DNA from: an uncultured Verrucomicrobiota bacterium
GTDB lineage: Bacteria > Verrucomicrobiota > Verrucomicrobiia > Limisphaerales > JADLHS01
NCBI GenBank assembly: GCA_903828255.1
Contig: CAIKLQ010000829.1
Location: 7,824 to 71,823, forward strand
Direction of reading: 5' to 3'
Length of the DNA stretch: 64,000 nt
Numbering within the stretch: position 1 is the first letter of the stretch; each line of letters starts with the position of its first letter. Shown here one piece after another: positions 9,107-18,794 of the stretch. A model generated the notes under the pieces. It did no database searches, was not told the DNA's origin, and saw only the letters and a list, made by a program, of their open reading frames with translations. Made by a program: the position numbers and the translations under genes.

Positions 9107-12100
9107 ATGCCGGCTGCCGAACCCCGCCCGCGCGATCGCCGGTGGCGACGATATTTTCGGCGCTTCCGAATCGCGCTCTTGCTTTGTGCCCTGGCGCTCG
9201 TGGGTGGCTTGATTTATCTCAACCAGGTCGGGCTGCCGGAAATCTTGCGCCGCCCGCTCCTCGATACGATTCGCGACCGCGGACTGGACCTTCAGCTCTC
9301 CACGCTGCGGCTGCATTTCTACCGCGGGATCGTGGCTGAGAATGTGCAGGTGGGGCAGCGGGGCGCGGCGACCGGCCCGCGCTTTACCGCGCGCGAAGCC
9401 GACTTGAATCTGAGCTGGCCGGCGCTCGCCCGGCTGCAACTCGCCGTCAGCGGGGTGGCCTTGCGCGACGGGCAGCTCGTGCTCCCGATTGCCGCTACTG
9501 ACCAGCCGGGACGCAATTTGATCGTTGAGAAAATCCGGGTGGCGCTCCGCTTTCGGCCGGATGATGTGTGGTCGCTCGAAGATTTTCACGCAGTCTTTCA
9601 GGGCGCAAAATTTTCCCTCACCGGCACCATCACCAACGCCACGGCGGTGCGTGACTGGTCGTTTTTGCGCGGGGAGCAAGCGCCGCGGAGTGACCTGATG
9701 CAGCAACGGCTCCGGCGATTTGCCGAGACGGTGGAAAAAATCCATTGCACCACGCCTCCCGAAATGCACGCGGCACTTACCGGCGACGCACGGAATCTGG
9801 AAAGCTTCATGTTGCGCCTGACGGTGAAAGCCCCGGATGCCGACACGCCGTGGGGCAAACTGGCCAACGGGGTGTTGACCGCCCGCTTGCTGCCCGCCGC
9901 ACCCGTCGAGCGGCCCCACGCCGAACTGCAACTCCACGCCACCAGTGCGAAGACCCCTTGGGCGGACATCACGCAACTCAATCTCAATCTGCGCCTCCAG
10001 TCCTCCGCCGCCGACCTGAACCCCGTCAACGCGAGTCTGATTTTGGAGGCGGCCAGTGCGCAAACCCGCTGGGCCGAGGTTACGCGGTTCCATTTCAACC
10101 TGCGCCTCCAGTCTTCCGAGGCGGACCCGAACCTCGTCAACGCCAGTGGAACCTTGAACGCCGCCACGGCCGTCACCCGCTGGGCCAGCGTCACAAACGC
10201 GCATTTCACCGGGGAGTGGCGGCAAGCGCTGACCAATCCCATTCCGCTTTCCGGCCACGGCGAATTGCGGGCGGACGCAGCCACTTCGCGTTGGGCCACC
10301 GCGAAAAGTCTCCAACTCACCGCCGCGTTTGCGCCGCCGCCGCATCCCGCACCGGCGGATGCCTCGTGGGATTGGTGGCAATCGCTGCAACCTTACGAGC
10401 TGGGTTGGATCCTGCGCGCCGCCCGCCTCGACACGGAAAAACTCGGCGCGGATGACGTGGCCTTTGGCGGAAGCTGGAGCGCGCCGAATCTCCAAATCAC
10501 CAACCTCCACGCACGCTTTCCCGAAGGCGGGTTGGATGTCACGGGGCAACTGGACGTTGCCACGCGCGCGGCGGCCTTTGCGGCGCGGAGCGATTTCAAC
10601 GTCAAGCGCCTCGGGCCGTTGCTCGGCGAGAGCGCCCAACTCTGGCTGGCGCGGCACGTTTGGACCACGCCGCCGCAGGTGGTCGGGAGCGGCGCGGTGA
10701 TTCTGCCGGCGTGGACCAACCGCGCGCCCGACTGGCAGTCTGAAGTCATCCCTACGCTGCGCCTCGCGGCCCAGATTGCCGTCACCAACGGCTCGTATCT
10801 CGGTTTGGCGGTGGACTGGGCAACGCTGCATCTAGGCATGACAAATCTGGTCTGGCACCTGCCCGATCTCGTGGCGGGCCGGCCCGAGGGACAGCTTCGG
10901 CTCGTCCACATTGCCGACGACAAGACGCACGATTTCTACTTCGACATTCACAGCACGTTTGATCCGCGCATCGCGCTTCCACTGTTCGGCACCAACGAAG
11001 ACAACTCTTTCGACTTGGTGCAATATGCGCAACCGCCCGTGATTGACGGCGAGGTATGGGGCAACTGGCGCGACAGCGCCCGGCTCGGTTTGAAGGGGCA
11101 TGTGACGCTGACGGATTTCAGTTTCCGGGATGAAACCGCCAGTCGGATTGAAACCTCGCTTCGTTACACCAACCGGTTTTTGGAATTCCTCGCACCCCAC
11201 CTCGACCGCGGCCCGCAAACCGCCAACGCCGAAGGGATCGCGCTGGACTTCGCCGCGCAACGCATCTATTTCACGAACGTTTTCAGCACCGCCGATCCCA
11301 TGGTCATCACGCGCGCCATCGGGCCGAAGACGGCTCGCGCGATCGAGCCTTATCACTTCATCGAACCGCCGGTGGTGCGCGTGAACGGCTCCGTTCCGTT
11401 GCACGGGGAGCAGGACGCCGACCTGCGCTTCGACGTGGCCGGCGGGCCCTTCGAGTGGTTGCAATTCAAAATCCCGCGCCTCAGCGGCCACGTTCACTGG
11501 CTGGGGGAGTCGCTCGTCCTCACGAATATGCAGTTGACGGCTTACGATGGCGCGGTGGCGGGCTTTGCGAGTTTTGACTTTCGCGCCAAACAGGGGACGG
11601 ATTTTCAGTTCAACCTCGGCGTGACCAACGCCGATCTGAGCCTGCTGATGGGGGACGTGTCCGAGCAGACGAACAATCTCGATGGCCGGCTCAGCGGCGA
11701 ACTCGTGGTTACCAGCGCCAATTCGGCGGATAAATTTTCCTGGAACGGCCACGGGCGCGTGGAATTGCGCGACGGTTTGATCTGGGCGATTCCCGTGTTT
11801 GGCGTGCTCTCCAAACCACTGGATGGCCTGCTTCCGGGATTGGGCAGCGCTCGCATCAAGGAAGGCTCGGGAATTTTTGCCCTGACCAACGGCGTGATGT
11901 TCGCGGATACGCTGGAGATGCGTGCGCCGACCTCACGCCTGCTCTGCCACGGCACCGTGGATTTTGACACGAAGGTGAACATTCGGGTGGCCGCGGTCCC
12001 GCTACGCGCGCCCCTGGGCATTGACCGCATTTTCGGCCTGGCGCTTTGGCCGGTGACCAAGCTGTTTGAGTACCGCGTCACCGGCACGCTGAACGACCCC

Positions 12101-12235
12101 AAGCCCGACCCAGTTTACGTGCCTAAACTGCTGCTGCACCCCATCCGGACGTTTGAGGAAATTTTCTCCGGCGATGCAGCCAAAACCAATCCACCCCCGG
12201 TGTTCAGGGAGGTGCCGGCAGTTGAGCCCCGATGA
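9107..12235 (+). CDS. AsmA-like / TamB-like large envelope protein
   Basis: ATG 9107 lies 1 nt after the upstream stop. There is an N-terminal Arg-rich segment plus a TM (FRIALLLCALALVGGLIYL). The C-terminus is AsmA-like (RVELRDGLIWAIPVFGVL, LFEYRVTGTLNDPKPDPVY). Internal 37-aa repeats are present. Confidence 0.6.
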   Translation: MPAAEPRPRDRRWRRYFRRFRIALLLCALALVGGLIYLNQVGLPEILRRPLLDTIRDRGLDLQLSTLRLHFYRGIVAENVQVGQRGAATGPRFTAREADLNLSWPALARLQLAVSGVALRDGQLVLPIAATDQPGRNLIVEKIRVALRFRPDDVWSLEDFHAVFQGAKFSLTGTITNATAVRDWSFLRGEQAPRSDLMQQRLRRFAETVEKIHCTTPPEMHAALTGDARNLESFMLRLTVKAPDADTPWGKLANGVLTARLLPAAPVERPHAELQLHATSAKTPWADITQLNLNLRLQSSAADLNPVNASLILEAASAQTRWAEVTRFHFNLRLQSSEADPNLVNASGTLNAATAVTRWASVTNAHFTGEWRQALTNPIPLSGHGELRADAATSRWATAKSLQLTAAFAPPPHPAPADASWDWWQSLQPYELGWILRAARLDTEKLGADDVAFGGSWSAPNLQITNLHARFPEGGLDVTGQLDVATRAAAFAARSDFNVKRLGPLLGESAQLWLARHVWTTPPQVVGSGAVILPAWTNRAPDWQSEVIPTLRLAAQIAVTNGSYLGLAVDWATLHLGMTNLVWHLPDLVAGRPEGQLRLVHIADDKTHDFYFDIHSTFDPRIALPLFGTNEDNSFDLVQYAQPPVIDGEVWGNWRDSARLGLKGHVTLTDFSFRDETASRIETSLRYTNRFLEFLAPHLDRGPQTANAEGIALDFAAQRIYFTNVFSTADPMVITRAIGPKTARAIEPYHFIEPPVVRVNGSVPLHGEQDADLRFDVAGGPFEWLQFKIPRLSGHVHWLGESLVLTNMQLTAYDGAVAGFASFDFRAKQGTDFQFNLGVTNADLSLLMGDVSEQTNNLDGRLSGELVVTSANSADKFSWNGHGRVELRDGLIWAIPVFGVLSKPLDGLLPGLGSARIKEGSGIFALTNGVMFADTLEMRAPTSRLLCHGTVDFDTKVNIRVAAVPLRAPLGIDRIFGLALWPVTKLFEYRVTGTLNDPKPDPVYVPKLLLHPIRTFEEIFSGDAAKTNPPPVFREVPAVEPR

Positions 12236-12351
12236 AGAAGGTCATTCCTATCAACGCTTGGACACGGTTTGCGATTGACGCGGCCCGCTTGTGCCCGGAA
12301 TCTCCCGCGATTTGAACATTCTAAATCCGACATCTTAACCTCATATATTTC

Positions 12352-14058
12352 ATGCGCTGGACCCAAACCTTTATCCCCACCCTCAAAGAAGCTCCGGCCG
12401 ACGCCGAAATTCTTTCCCACAAACTGCTGCTGCGCGCCGGCTTGCTGCGCAAGCTCGCGAGCGGCGTTTATACTTTCCTGCCCGTCGGATTGCGGGCGCT
12501 GCGCAAGGTTGAGCAAATCGTCCGCGAGGAGATGAATCGCAGCGGAGCGATTGAAGTGCTCATGCCCGCGCTGCAACCGCCGGAAATCTGGCGGCAGAGC
12601 GGGCGCTACGAAACCGCGAGCGCCGTGCTGTTCAAGGTCCGGGACAGCGCCAATCGCGAGTGGGTGCTCAGCCCGACCGCCGAGGAGGTCATCACGCTCA
12701 TGGCCGCCAGCGAAATGAACTCGTATCGGCAGATGCCGAAGAATTTCTATCAGGTGAGCGTCAAATTCCGCGATGAAATCCGCCCGCGCTTCGGGCTCAT
12801 GCGCGCCCGCGAATTCATCATGAAGGACGCCTACAGCTTCGACGTCAGCGACGACGCGGCGCAGGTCAGCTATCAGAAAATGTATGACGCCTATACGCGC
12901 ATCTTTGCGCGTTGTGGGCTGAAGGCGTTTCCCGTCGAGGCGGACACGGGTGTCATCGGTGGAAAGTTTTCCCACGAATTTATGGTGCCTGCCGAGACCG
13001 GGGAGAATGAAGTGGTGTATTGCGAAGGTTGCGGCTACGCGGCGAACCTTGAGAAGGCAACGAGCGGAATTCCCAAAACCGCCGCGCGCGAAATTGGCGC
13101 GGTCATGGAGAAGTTCGCCACGCCTGGCGCGATCACCATCGAGGCGCTGACGAAAGCGCCATACAGCGTTTCGGCCAATCGCCAGATCAAGACGCTTGTT
13201 TATACCGCGGATAGCAAACCAGTCATCTTTTTGATTCGTGGTGATGACCAGTTGAACGAAGCGAAACTCGCAGGCATTATTGGCACCCCGATTTTCCGCG
13301 CGGCCACGGCGGAAGAAATCTTCGCCGCGCTCGGAGCCCATCCCGGCAGCTTGGGGGCCGCCGGCGTAAAGGACATTTCGATTTTCGCTGACGAACGATT
13401 GCGCGGCGCAAACGACATGACAACCGGCGCAAACGAGGACGGCTTTCATTTCCGCAACGTCTCCATCGAGCGGGACATCACGGTGACGAAATGGTGGGAT
13501 TTGCGGACGGTCACCGCCGGCGAGCCCTGCGCCAAGTGTGGTAAGTCGCTGAAAATGCGTCGCGCTATCGAAGTCGGCCACGTCTTCAAGCTCGGCACGA
13601 AGTACAGTGAGAAAATGGGCGCCCTGTTCCTTGACGAATCGGGCGCGCGGAAGCCGTGCGTTATGGGCTGTTACGGCATCGGCGTTACGCGCACGTTGCA
13701 GGCGGTCATCGAACAGAGCAACGACCAGGACGGCATCATCTGGCCGCTGGCCGTCGCGCCGTACCAAGTGTGCATCACCCCGCTGGGCGTCGCTCCGGAC
13801 AGCCCGGTCATGCAACTGGCCGAGAAGATTTACGCCGAACTCACCGAACGCGGTGTCGAAGTGATCCTAGATGATCGCGATGACCGGCCCGGCGTGAAAT
13901 TCAAGGACGCAGACCTGGTGGGTTTCCCGCTCCGGGTGGCTATCGGCGAGAAATCGCTGGTGAAAGGCGAAGTGGAAATCAAGCCGCGTGGCGGCGCGTT
14001 GTTCACCGTGGCGGCGGCCGAGGCTGTAGCGCGGGTGTTGGCATTGCTGAAGGCGTAA
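12352..14058 (+). CDS. proS: proline--tRNA ligase (bacterial type with INS editing domain)
   Basis: MRWTQTFIPTLKEAPADAEILSHKLLLRAGLLRKLASGVYTFLP and class II motifs are present. The 568-aa length fits the bacterial type. Confidence 0.95.
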   Translation: MRWTQTFIPTLKEAPADAEILSHKLLLRAGLLRKLASGVYTFLPVGLRALRKVEQIVREEMNRSGAIEVLMPALQPPEIWRQSGRYETASAVLFKVRDSANREWVLSPTAEEVITLMAASEMNSYRQMPKNFYQVSVKFRDEIRPRFGLMRAREFIMKDAYSFDVSDDAAQVSYQKMYDAYTRIFARCGLKAFPVEADTGVIGGKFSHEFMVPAETGENEVVYCEGCGYAANLEKATSGIPKTAAREIGAVMEKFATPGAITIEALTKAPYSVSANRQIKTLVYTADSKPVIFLIRGDDQLNEAKLAGIIGTPIFRAATAEEIFAALGAHPGSLGAAGVKDISIFADERLRGANDMTTGANEDGFHFRNVSIERDITVTKWWDLRTVTAGEPCAKCGKSLKMRRAIEVGHVFKLGTKYSEKMGALFLDESGARKPCVMGCYGIGVTRTLQAVIEQSNDQDGIIWPLAVAPYQVCITPLGVAPDSPVMQLAEKIYAELTERGVEVILDDRDDRPGVKFKDADLVGFPLRVAIGEKSLVKGEVEIKPRGGALFTVAAAEAVARVLALLKA

Positions 14059-14133
14059 CTGCCTGCCGGGGTTTCCAGTGGCGGCTCATGGTTTCGGGAG
14101 TATTATGCTTCTGAAATAAATCACCAAAGCCGT

Positions 14134-15063
14134 ATGAAAGCTTGCACGGAAATCCGACACCGCCTTGCGACCCACTCGCCCCGGGGAGTAGTCGCCGCCG
14201 GACTGGCCACCGCTGCCGGCCTGACTACTCCACGGGGCGAGCCTCGGTGTTGCCTGCGGCGCGTTGCTTCCGGGGGATTCACTCTGATCGAGTTGCTGGT
14301 CGTCATCGCGATCATTGCAATCTTGGCAGCGATGTTGTTGCCAGCGCTTTCGGGCGCGAAGCAAAAGGCGTTGACCCTGAACTGCCTCAGCAATCTCAAG
14401 CAACTTGAAACCTGCTGGCATCTTTACGCGGTGGACAATGCCGACCGGCTCGCGCCGAACAATTCGATCATGTCCCTCGGCGGGGGCGTGATTGCCGCGA
14501 GCGTCTCCTGGAGTCCCGACCACGCGCGCACCGACACGAACTCTTTGGATTTGCAGAGCGGCGTCTTGTTTCCCTACAACCGCTCGGTGGCCATTTACCA
14601 TTGCCCGACGGATCGCTCGACGGTGGAGTTGCCCAGCGGCGAGAAGACGAGCCAGCTTCGCAACCGCAGCTACAACATGAGCCAGTCGGTGAACGGCGAT
14701 CCGGACTATTGGCAAATCCCCGTCAACCCACCGCGAAGTCTGCCTGCGTGGAGCAAGTTTTCGGCGATCAACAAACCCCCGCCCACGCAGCTTTTCGTGT
14801 TCATTGACGAGCACCCGGACATTCTGCTGGATGCGCAATTCGGCAATCCCGTGCAGTTGCCCTTCTATGCACAAACTTGGTTCGACATGCCTTCAGATCG
14901 CCACAATCAGGGCGGTTGCCTCTCCTTCGCCGATGGTCACGCGGAACGCAAACGTTGGAAAGCCTCCAAAATCTACCAGTTCCTCGGCCAGTCGCCCACC
15001 GCCGCCGAGATGCTCGATTTCCAGTATATTCAGAGCGCCATGAAGAAGCCGTCGGATGAGTAG
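14134..15063 (+). CDS. prepilin-type N-terminal cleavage/methylation domain protein (H-X9-DG / DUF1559-like)
   Basis: [26 protein letters not shown] is followed by a C-terminal [15 protein letters not shown] motif. The predicted leader before GFTLIEL is unusually long (about 45 aa). Confidence 0.8.
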   Translation: MKACTEIRHRLATHSPRGVVAAGLATAAGLTTPRGEPRCCLRRVASGGFTLIELLVVIAIIAILAAMLLPALSGAKQKALTLNCLSNLKQLETCWHLYAVDNADRLAPNNSIMSLGGGVIAASVSWSPDHARTDTNSLDLQSGVLFPYNRSVAIYHCPTDRSTVELPSGEKTSQLRNRSYNMSQSVNGDPDYWQIPVNPPRSLPAWSKFSAINKPPPTQLFVFIDEHPDILLDAQFGNPVQLPFYAQTWFDMPSDRHNQGGCLSFADGHAERKRWKASKIYQFLGQSPTAAEMLDFQYIQSAMKKPSDE

Positions 15064-15228
15064 CGGCGGGGTGGGTGTTGAGCAAGAACCAGGTCGCATG
15101 GCGCATGGCTTGGCTTGGTTGGGCGGCGTTGAATCGGCCCTCTCCGTCCGATGTGGTAGACCGTTTTCAACCCTCAACGATTTCTTGCGCTCCGCCGCCC
15201 GGTTCGTAATCTCTCTGCCAATTTATTT

Positions 15229-16404
15229 ATGAATTATCGGATCACAAATCGGGCGGCTTCACTCGCGCCCTCGCTGACACTCGCCATTGACTCGAAGGCC
15301 AAGCAGATGAAGGCGGAAGGACAGGACGTCGTCGGCTTCGGCGCGGGCGAGCCAGACTTCGACACGCCGCAACACATCAAGGACGCCTGCGCCAAGGCGC
15401 TAGCCGACGGCTTCACGAAATACACCCCGGCAGCCGGTATTCCCGAATTGCGTCAGGCCATCGCTGACAAACACAAGCGCGAAAACGGCCTCACGTTTAA
15501 GCCCTCCCAAATCATCGTCTCCTGCGGCGGCAAACATTCCTGTTACAACGTCATCCTCGCGACCTGCCAGGAAGGCGATGAAGTCATCATTCCCGCGCCG
15601 TATTGGCTCAGTTATCCCGAGATGGTGAAACTGGCCGGGGCGAAACCGGTGATCATCGAGACCACGGACGCGACGGAATTCAAAGTGACGCCGGCCCAAC
15701 TACGTGCCGTCATCACGCCACGCACGCGGCTCTTCGTGCTCAATTCGCCGAGCAACCCGACCGGCAGCGTCTATACTCCCGAGGAAACCAAGGCGCTCGG
15801 CGACGTCTGCGTCGAGACGGGGGTGCTCATCATGAGCGACGAGATTTACGAGCATTTGCTGTATGACGGCGCGACGGTAAAAAGCGTCGCCAGTTTTTCG
15901 CCGGCGCACTTCGAGCACACCATCATTGTCCACGGTTTCGCCAAGGCGTGGAGCATGACGGGTTGGCGACTCGGTTGGTGCGCCGCGCCCGAACCGATCG
16001 CGAAGGCGATTGACGCCGTGCAAAGCCACAGCACGAGCAACCCGACTTCCTTCGCGCAAAAAGGGGCGGTGGCGGCGCTCAACGGCCCGCAGGATCACCT
16101 GCCGAAATGGCTGGCGGAGTTTGCCCGCCGTCGCACCTACGCTTTCACCAAGCTTAATGCCATGCCGGGTGTCTCCTGCGTGAACGCGAAAGGCGCGTTC
16201 TACCTGTTCCCGAAGATCAGCGGCACGGGGCTCAAGTCCACCGAGTTTTGCGCGAAGCTGCTTGAAACGGAGAAAGTCGCTGCGGTGCCCGGTATCGCCT
16301 TTGGCGCGGATGATTACATCCGCCTCAGCTACGCCACGAGCCTGGCGAACATCGAGAAGGGGCTGGAGCGGATGGAGCGGTTCTGCCGGAGCTTGCAGCG
16401 GTAA
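15229..16404 (+). CDS. pyridoxal-phosphate-dependent aminotransferase (aspartate aminotransferase-like, class I)
   Basis: GAGEPDFDTPQHIKDA, NSPSNPTGSVY and the SFAKAWSMTGWRLGW-type PLP-lysine context (HGFAKAWSMTGWRLGW) are present. Confidence 0.9.
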   Translation: MNYRITNRAASLAPSLTLAIDSKAKQMKAEGQDVVGFGAGEPDFDTPQHIKDACAKALADGFTKYTPAAGIPELRQAIADKHKRENGLTFKPSQIIVSCGGKHSCYNVILATCQEGDEVIIPAPYWLSYPEMVKLAGAKPVIIETTDATEFKVTPAQLRAVITPRTRLFVLNSPSNPTGSVYTPEETKALGDVCVETGVLIMSDEIYEHLLYDGATVKSVASFSPAHFEHTIIVHGFAKAWSMTGWRLGWCAAPEPIAKAIDAVQSHSTSNPTSFAQKGAVAALNGPQDHLPKWLAEFARRRTYAFTKLNAMPGVSCVNAKGAFYLFPKISGTGLKSTEFCAKLLETEKVAAVPGIAFGADDYIRLSYATSLANIEKGLERMERFCRSLQR

Positions 16405-16611
16405 ATCATCTTCCCCATAGCAGCCGAGAAATAGCCGACAACGACAGGGAATCAAAAGCCGACGCGCTACTTCGTGATTGGCAATTAAGGTACACCGCGC
16501 CCACAGGCACGGAGTATTCGGTGCTGTGACCATACGAATGTTGGCACTGGGTTTTAATGTTTGCGGGGTTTCCGCAGTCTGACCCGGCAACATTCGTCAC
16601 CGCTCACCCCT

Positions 16612-16912
16612 ATGCGCCATCGTTTTCAAGTCCGGCCCGATCTGCAACTCACGCCCGTCGAGAAGATTCGCCTGCCGCTCCACAGTCGCGATGAACTTCC
16701 GCCGATCCTCGCCGGCCTCCAATGGCTCTGGAGTCACCCCACCCTCAAGACCGAGATGCTGGCCCTGATCGAAGCGGTCGTGCTCGCGGACAAGAAAGCC
16801 ACCGGTCGCCCCGGCCTGCATCTCTGGCAAATCATGGTCCTCGGCGTCGTGCGGTTGGGCTTGGACGCGGATTGGGATCGGATGGAACATATCGCCAACT
16901 ACGATGGCCACC
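16612..16912 (+). pseudogene. transposase N-terminal fragment (family uncertain)
   Basis: MRHRFQVRPDLQLTPVEKIRLPLHSRDELPPILAGLQWLW...TGRPGLHLWQIMVLGVVRLGLDADWDRMEHIANYD resembles transposase N-termini with a DUF772-like helix region. Sensible sequence ends near 16910, where the frame hits TGA at 16913. Confidence 0.4.
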
Positions 16913-16915
16913 TGA

Positions 16916-17283
16916 AGCGCCGCCGCCTTCCACCTCAAGGCGCGGGATCACTTCATCGGCTGGATGGTCGAACAATGCCGCCGCCGCCGGTCGCTCGTCG
17001 CCAACAACTCGCGGCTGTTGGTGCTGGCGGGTTGCCACTATCGCAATCTGATCAACCGCTTCATGAAGTTGATGCTGGCGCGTTTGTCCGCCGATTGGCA
17101 GGCCCAGTGGGGGCATCCCTTGGCGCTGGTGGAAACGTTCGTCGATCCGCAACGTTTTCAGGGCACGGCGTACAAAGTGAGTGAGTGGTCGCACTTCGGT
17201 CGCACGGCGGGTTGGCAGCGCGATGCCGCCGATTTCTATTTGAAGCACGCCGCGCCCAGACAAATCTGGGTGAACGCGGCGAC
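16916..17283 (+). pseudogene. DUF4338 domain C-terminal fragment
   Basis: The frame opens right after the TGA at 16913. FHLKARDHFIGW..SLVANNSRLLVL..WGHPLALVETFVDPQRFQGTAYKVSEW matches the conserved DUF4338 core as I recall it. There is no N-terminal half and no plausible start. Confidence 0.55.
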
Positions 17284-17628
17284 AAACGCCGGTTCGTTGG
17301 CGGTGCGAAAGGTGCAGATCGAATCGCGATCGGGATGGGGGTTGGCGCAGAGGTAGCGCCCCGCCACGTCGCCATGAGTGGCAGCCTCAATGGTGCGCGA
17401 ACCAAACCGCCCGGTGGCGTAGCTGTAAATGAGCAGCGTGAGCATCATGGCTGGCGGGTACTGTGCGCTGCCGGTGCCGCGGGCGTTGACGTGGAAGTGG
17501 TTTAGCGGCAGTTGCTCGATGGCGTCCAGGATGAAGTGGACGATATGCTCGGCGGGCAACCAGTCGCGCAGATCGCAGGGCAGAGACATCGGCGTCTGGC
17601 GATCGAGATTAACAAAACGTGCAGTCAT
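17236..17628 (-). pseudogene. IS1182-family-like transposase N-terminal fragment
   Basis: MTARFVNLDRQTPMSLPCDLRDWLPAEHIVHFILDAIEQL..RGTGSAQYPPAMMLTLLIYSYATGRFGSRTIE..RYLCANPHPDRDSICTFR is the typical DUF772 N-terminus. The DDE catalytic part is missing. Confidence 0.6.
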
Positions 17629-17995
17629 GGCCTTTGGAACCGTACCCACCCCCTTTTTCGTACAAATTATTTTCAGAAAGCTTTTCGCCCTAAGCCCGAC
17701 AGGCTGCTAGGGTTTAGGCTGTTCATCCGGTTGTGATCCAGCCACACGCCGAAATCCACCCCGGCACTTCCTTGCCCCGGCATCCAGCCGGAATACCAGA
17801 TGTTGCGAAAGCGAAAATCCGGTCGCTCGTGGACGTTCAACGATCCGATCTCGATGGTTTCCAACTTGGGCAGCACTTTGCCGAATTTTCCAAAAAAAAC
17901 CAGCGGCATCCCAACGCTCCCAACGCTTTGTTGCCTCCGCGGTTCTTCCCCCGCTTTACCTTGAGCCGGCGGCGGCGGAAATTTAGACTGCGAGC

Positions 17996-18661
17996 GTGAT
18001 TCGAACGATTTTGACGCGGTGGCGGGGCAGCTTTTTTACCGGCTTGGTGGTGCTGTTGCCAGCGGTGATTACCTTCGCGGTGATCAAGTGGCTGGTCGGC
18101 ACGGTTTCGAGTCTCACGGATTGGCTTCTGTTCTTTCTGCCGCAGAAATGGACGCACGCGGAGGAAGGCCACGGGCCGATGTTCTGGTATTGCAGCCTGG
18201 CCGCGTTGCTACTCGCTGGGGGGCTCGTGACGCTCGCCGGGGTGCTCACGCGCTACTACGTCGGCAAGCGCCTGCTGGAGTGGCTGGACGCGGCGATGTT
18301 GCGGGTGCCGTTGCTCAACAAAATTTACGGCACGATCAAACAGGTGAACGACGCCTTCAGCACGGGCAGCAAGACTTCCTTTAAGACTGTCGTGTTGGTG
18401 GAGTATCCGCGTGCTGGTTGTCATTCCGTCGGCTTCATCACCAACGAACAAAACGAAGCGCTGGATCGGAAAACCGGGCGGAGACTGGTCAACGTGTTCA
18501 TCCCCACCACCCCGAATCCGACCTCCGGTTTCCTCCTGCTGTTGCCGGAGGATCAGGTCACCAAGCTCGACATGTCTGTGGCGGAAGGCATCAAATACAT
18601 CATCAGCCTCGGCGCGATTTCGCCTGAATCCACGCCGCCCGACAAAAAACCGAATGGATGA
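17996..18661 (+). CDS. DUF502 family membrane protein
   Basis: LLNKIYGTIKQVNDAFS, VVLVEYPRAGCHSVGFITNE and FIPTTPNPTSGFLLLLPEDQV are present, with two N-terminal TMs. The start is GTG. Confidence 0.8.
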   Translation: MIRTILTRWRGSFFTGLVVLLPAVITFAVIKWLVGTVSSLTDWLLFFLPQKWTHAEEGHGPMFWYCSLAALLLAGGLVTLAGVLTRYYVGKRLLEWLDAAMLRVPLLNKIYGTIKQVNDAFSTGSKTSFKTVVLVEYPRAGCHSVGFITNEQNEALDRKTGRRLVNVFIPTTPNPTSGFLLLLPEDQVTKLDMSVAEGIKYIISLGAISPESTPPDKKPNG

Positions 18662-18700
18662 TTACGCTTGTTGCCATACGCTGGGATTTTTCATTTGGGA

Positions 18701-18790
18701 AACACCCAACATCGAGCATCCAACATCGAACGCCCAATAGATCCGCAAACCGCGGCCAGTTCGATGTTCGAGGTTCGGCTGTTTCTTTTG
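18701..18790 (+). repeat. heptamer-array hairpin, terminator-like
   Basis: 18701-18735 is a period-7 array (aacaccc aacatcg agcatcc aacatcg aacgccc). 18759-18779 is the complementary array (gttcgat gttcgag gttcggc), followed by tgtttcttttg. It shares the cacccaacatc motif with the 4954-4967 element. Confidence 0.75.
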
Positions 18791-18794
18791 CCCG

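Noticed and set aside
9080-10831. 583-aa minus-strand ORF opposite the AsmA-like gene
   Set aside because: Same shadow-ORF composition (runs of R, G and P). The + strand frame has a TM anchor, repeats and an AsmA-like C-terminus.
12312-12349. Possible proS promoter (TTGAAC at 12312-12317; TATATT at 12344-12349)
   Set aside because: The two boxes are not at a compatible spacing with each other. The -10-like box is only 2 nt from the ATG. The evidence is too weak to report.
12115-13815. 566-aa minus-strand ORF opposite proS
   Set aside because: proS is unambiguous, so the antisense ORF is a GC-bias artefact.
16916-17283. DUF4338 as evidence for a Druantia defence system
   Set aside because: Only a C-terminal fragment is present, it is flanked by transposase fragments, and no DruB-E-like large genes or helicase are nearby. 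It is a remnant, not a defence locus.
17673-17909. 78-aa minus-strand ORF (..VHERPDFRFRNIWYSGWMPG..)
   Set aside because: It might be a fragment of a larger secreted enzyme next to the mobile-element remnants. I cannot assign a family or a credible start, so I did not report it as a gene.
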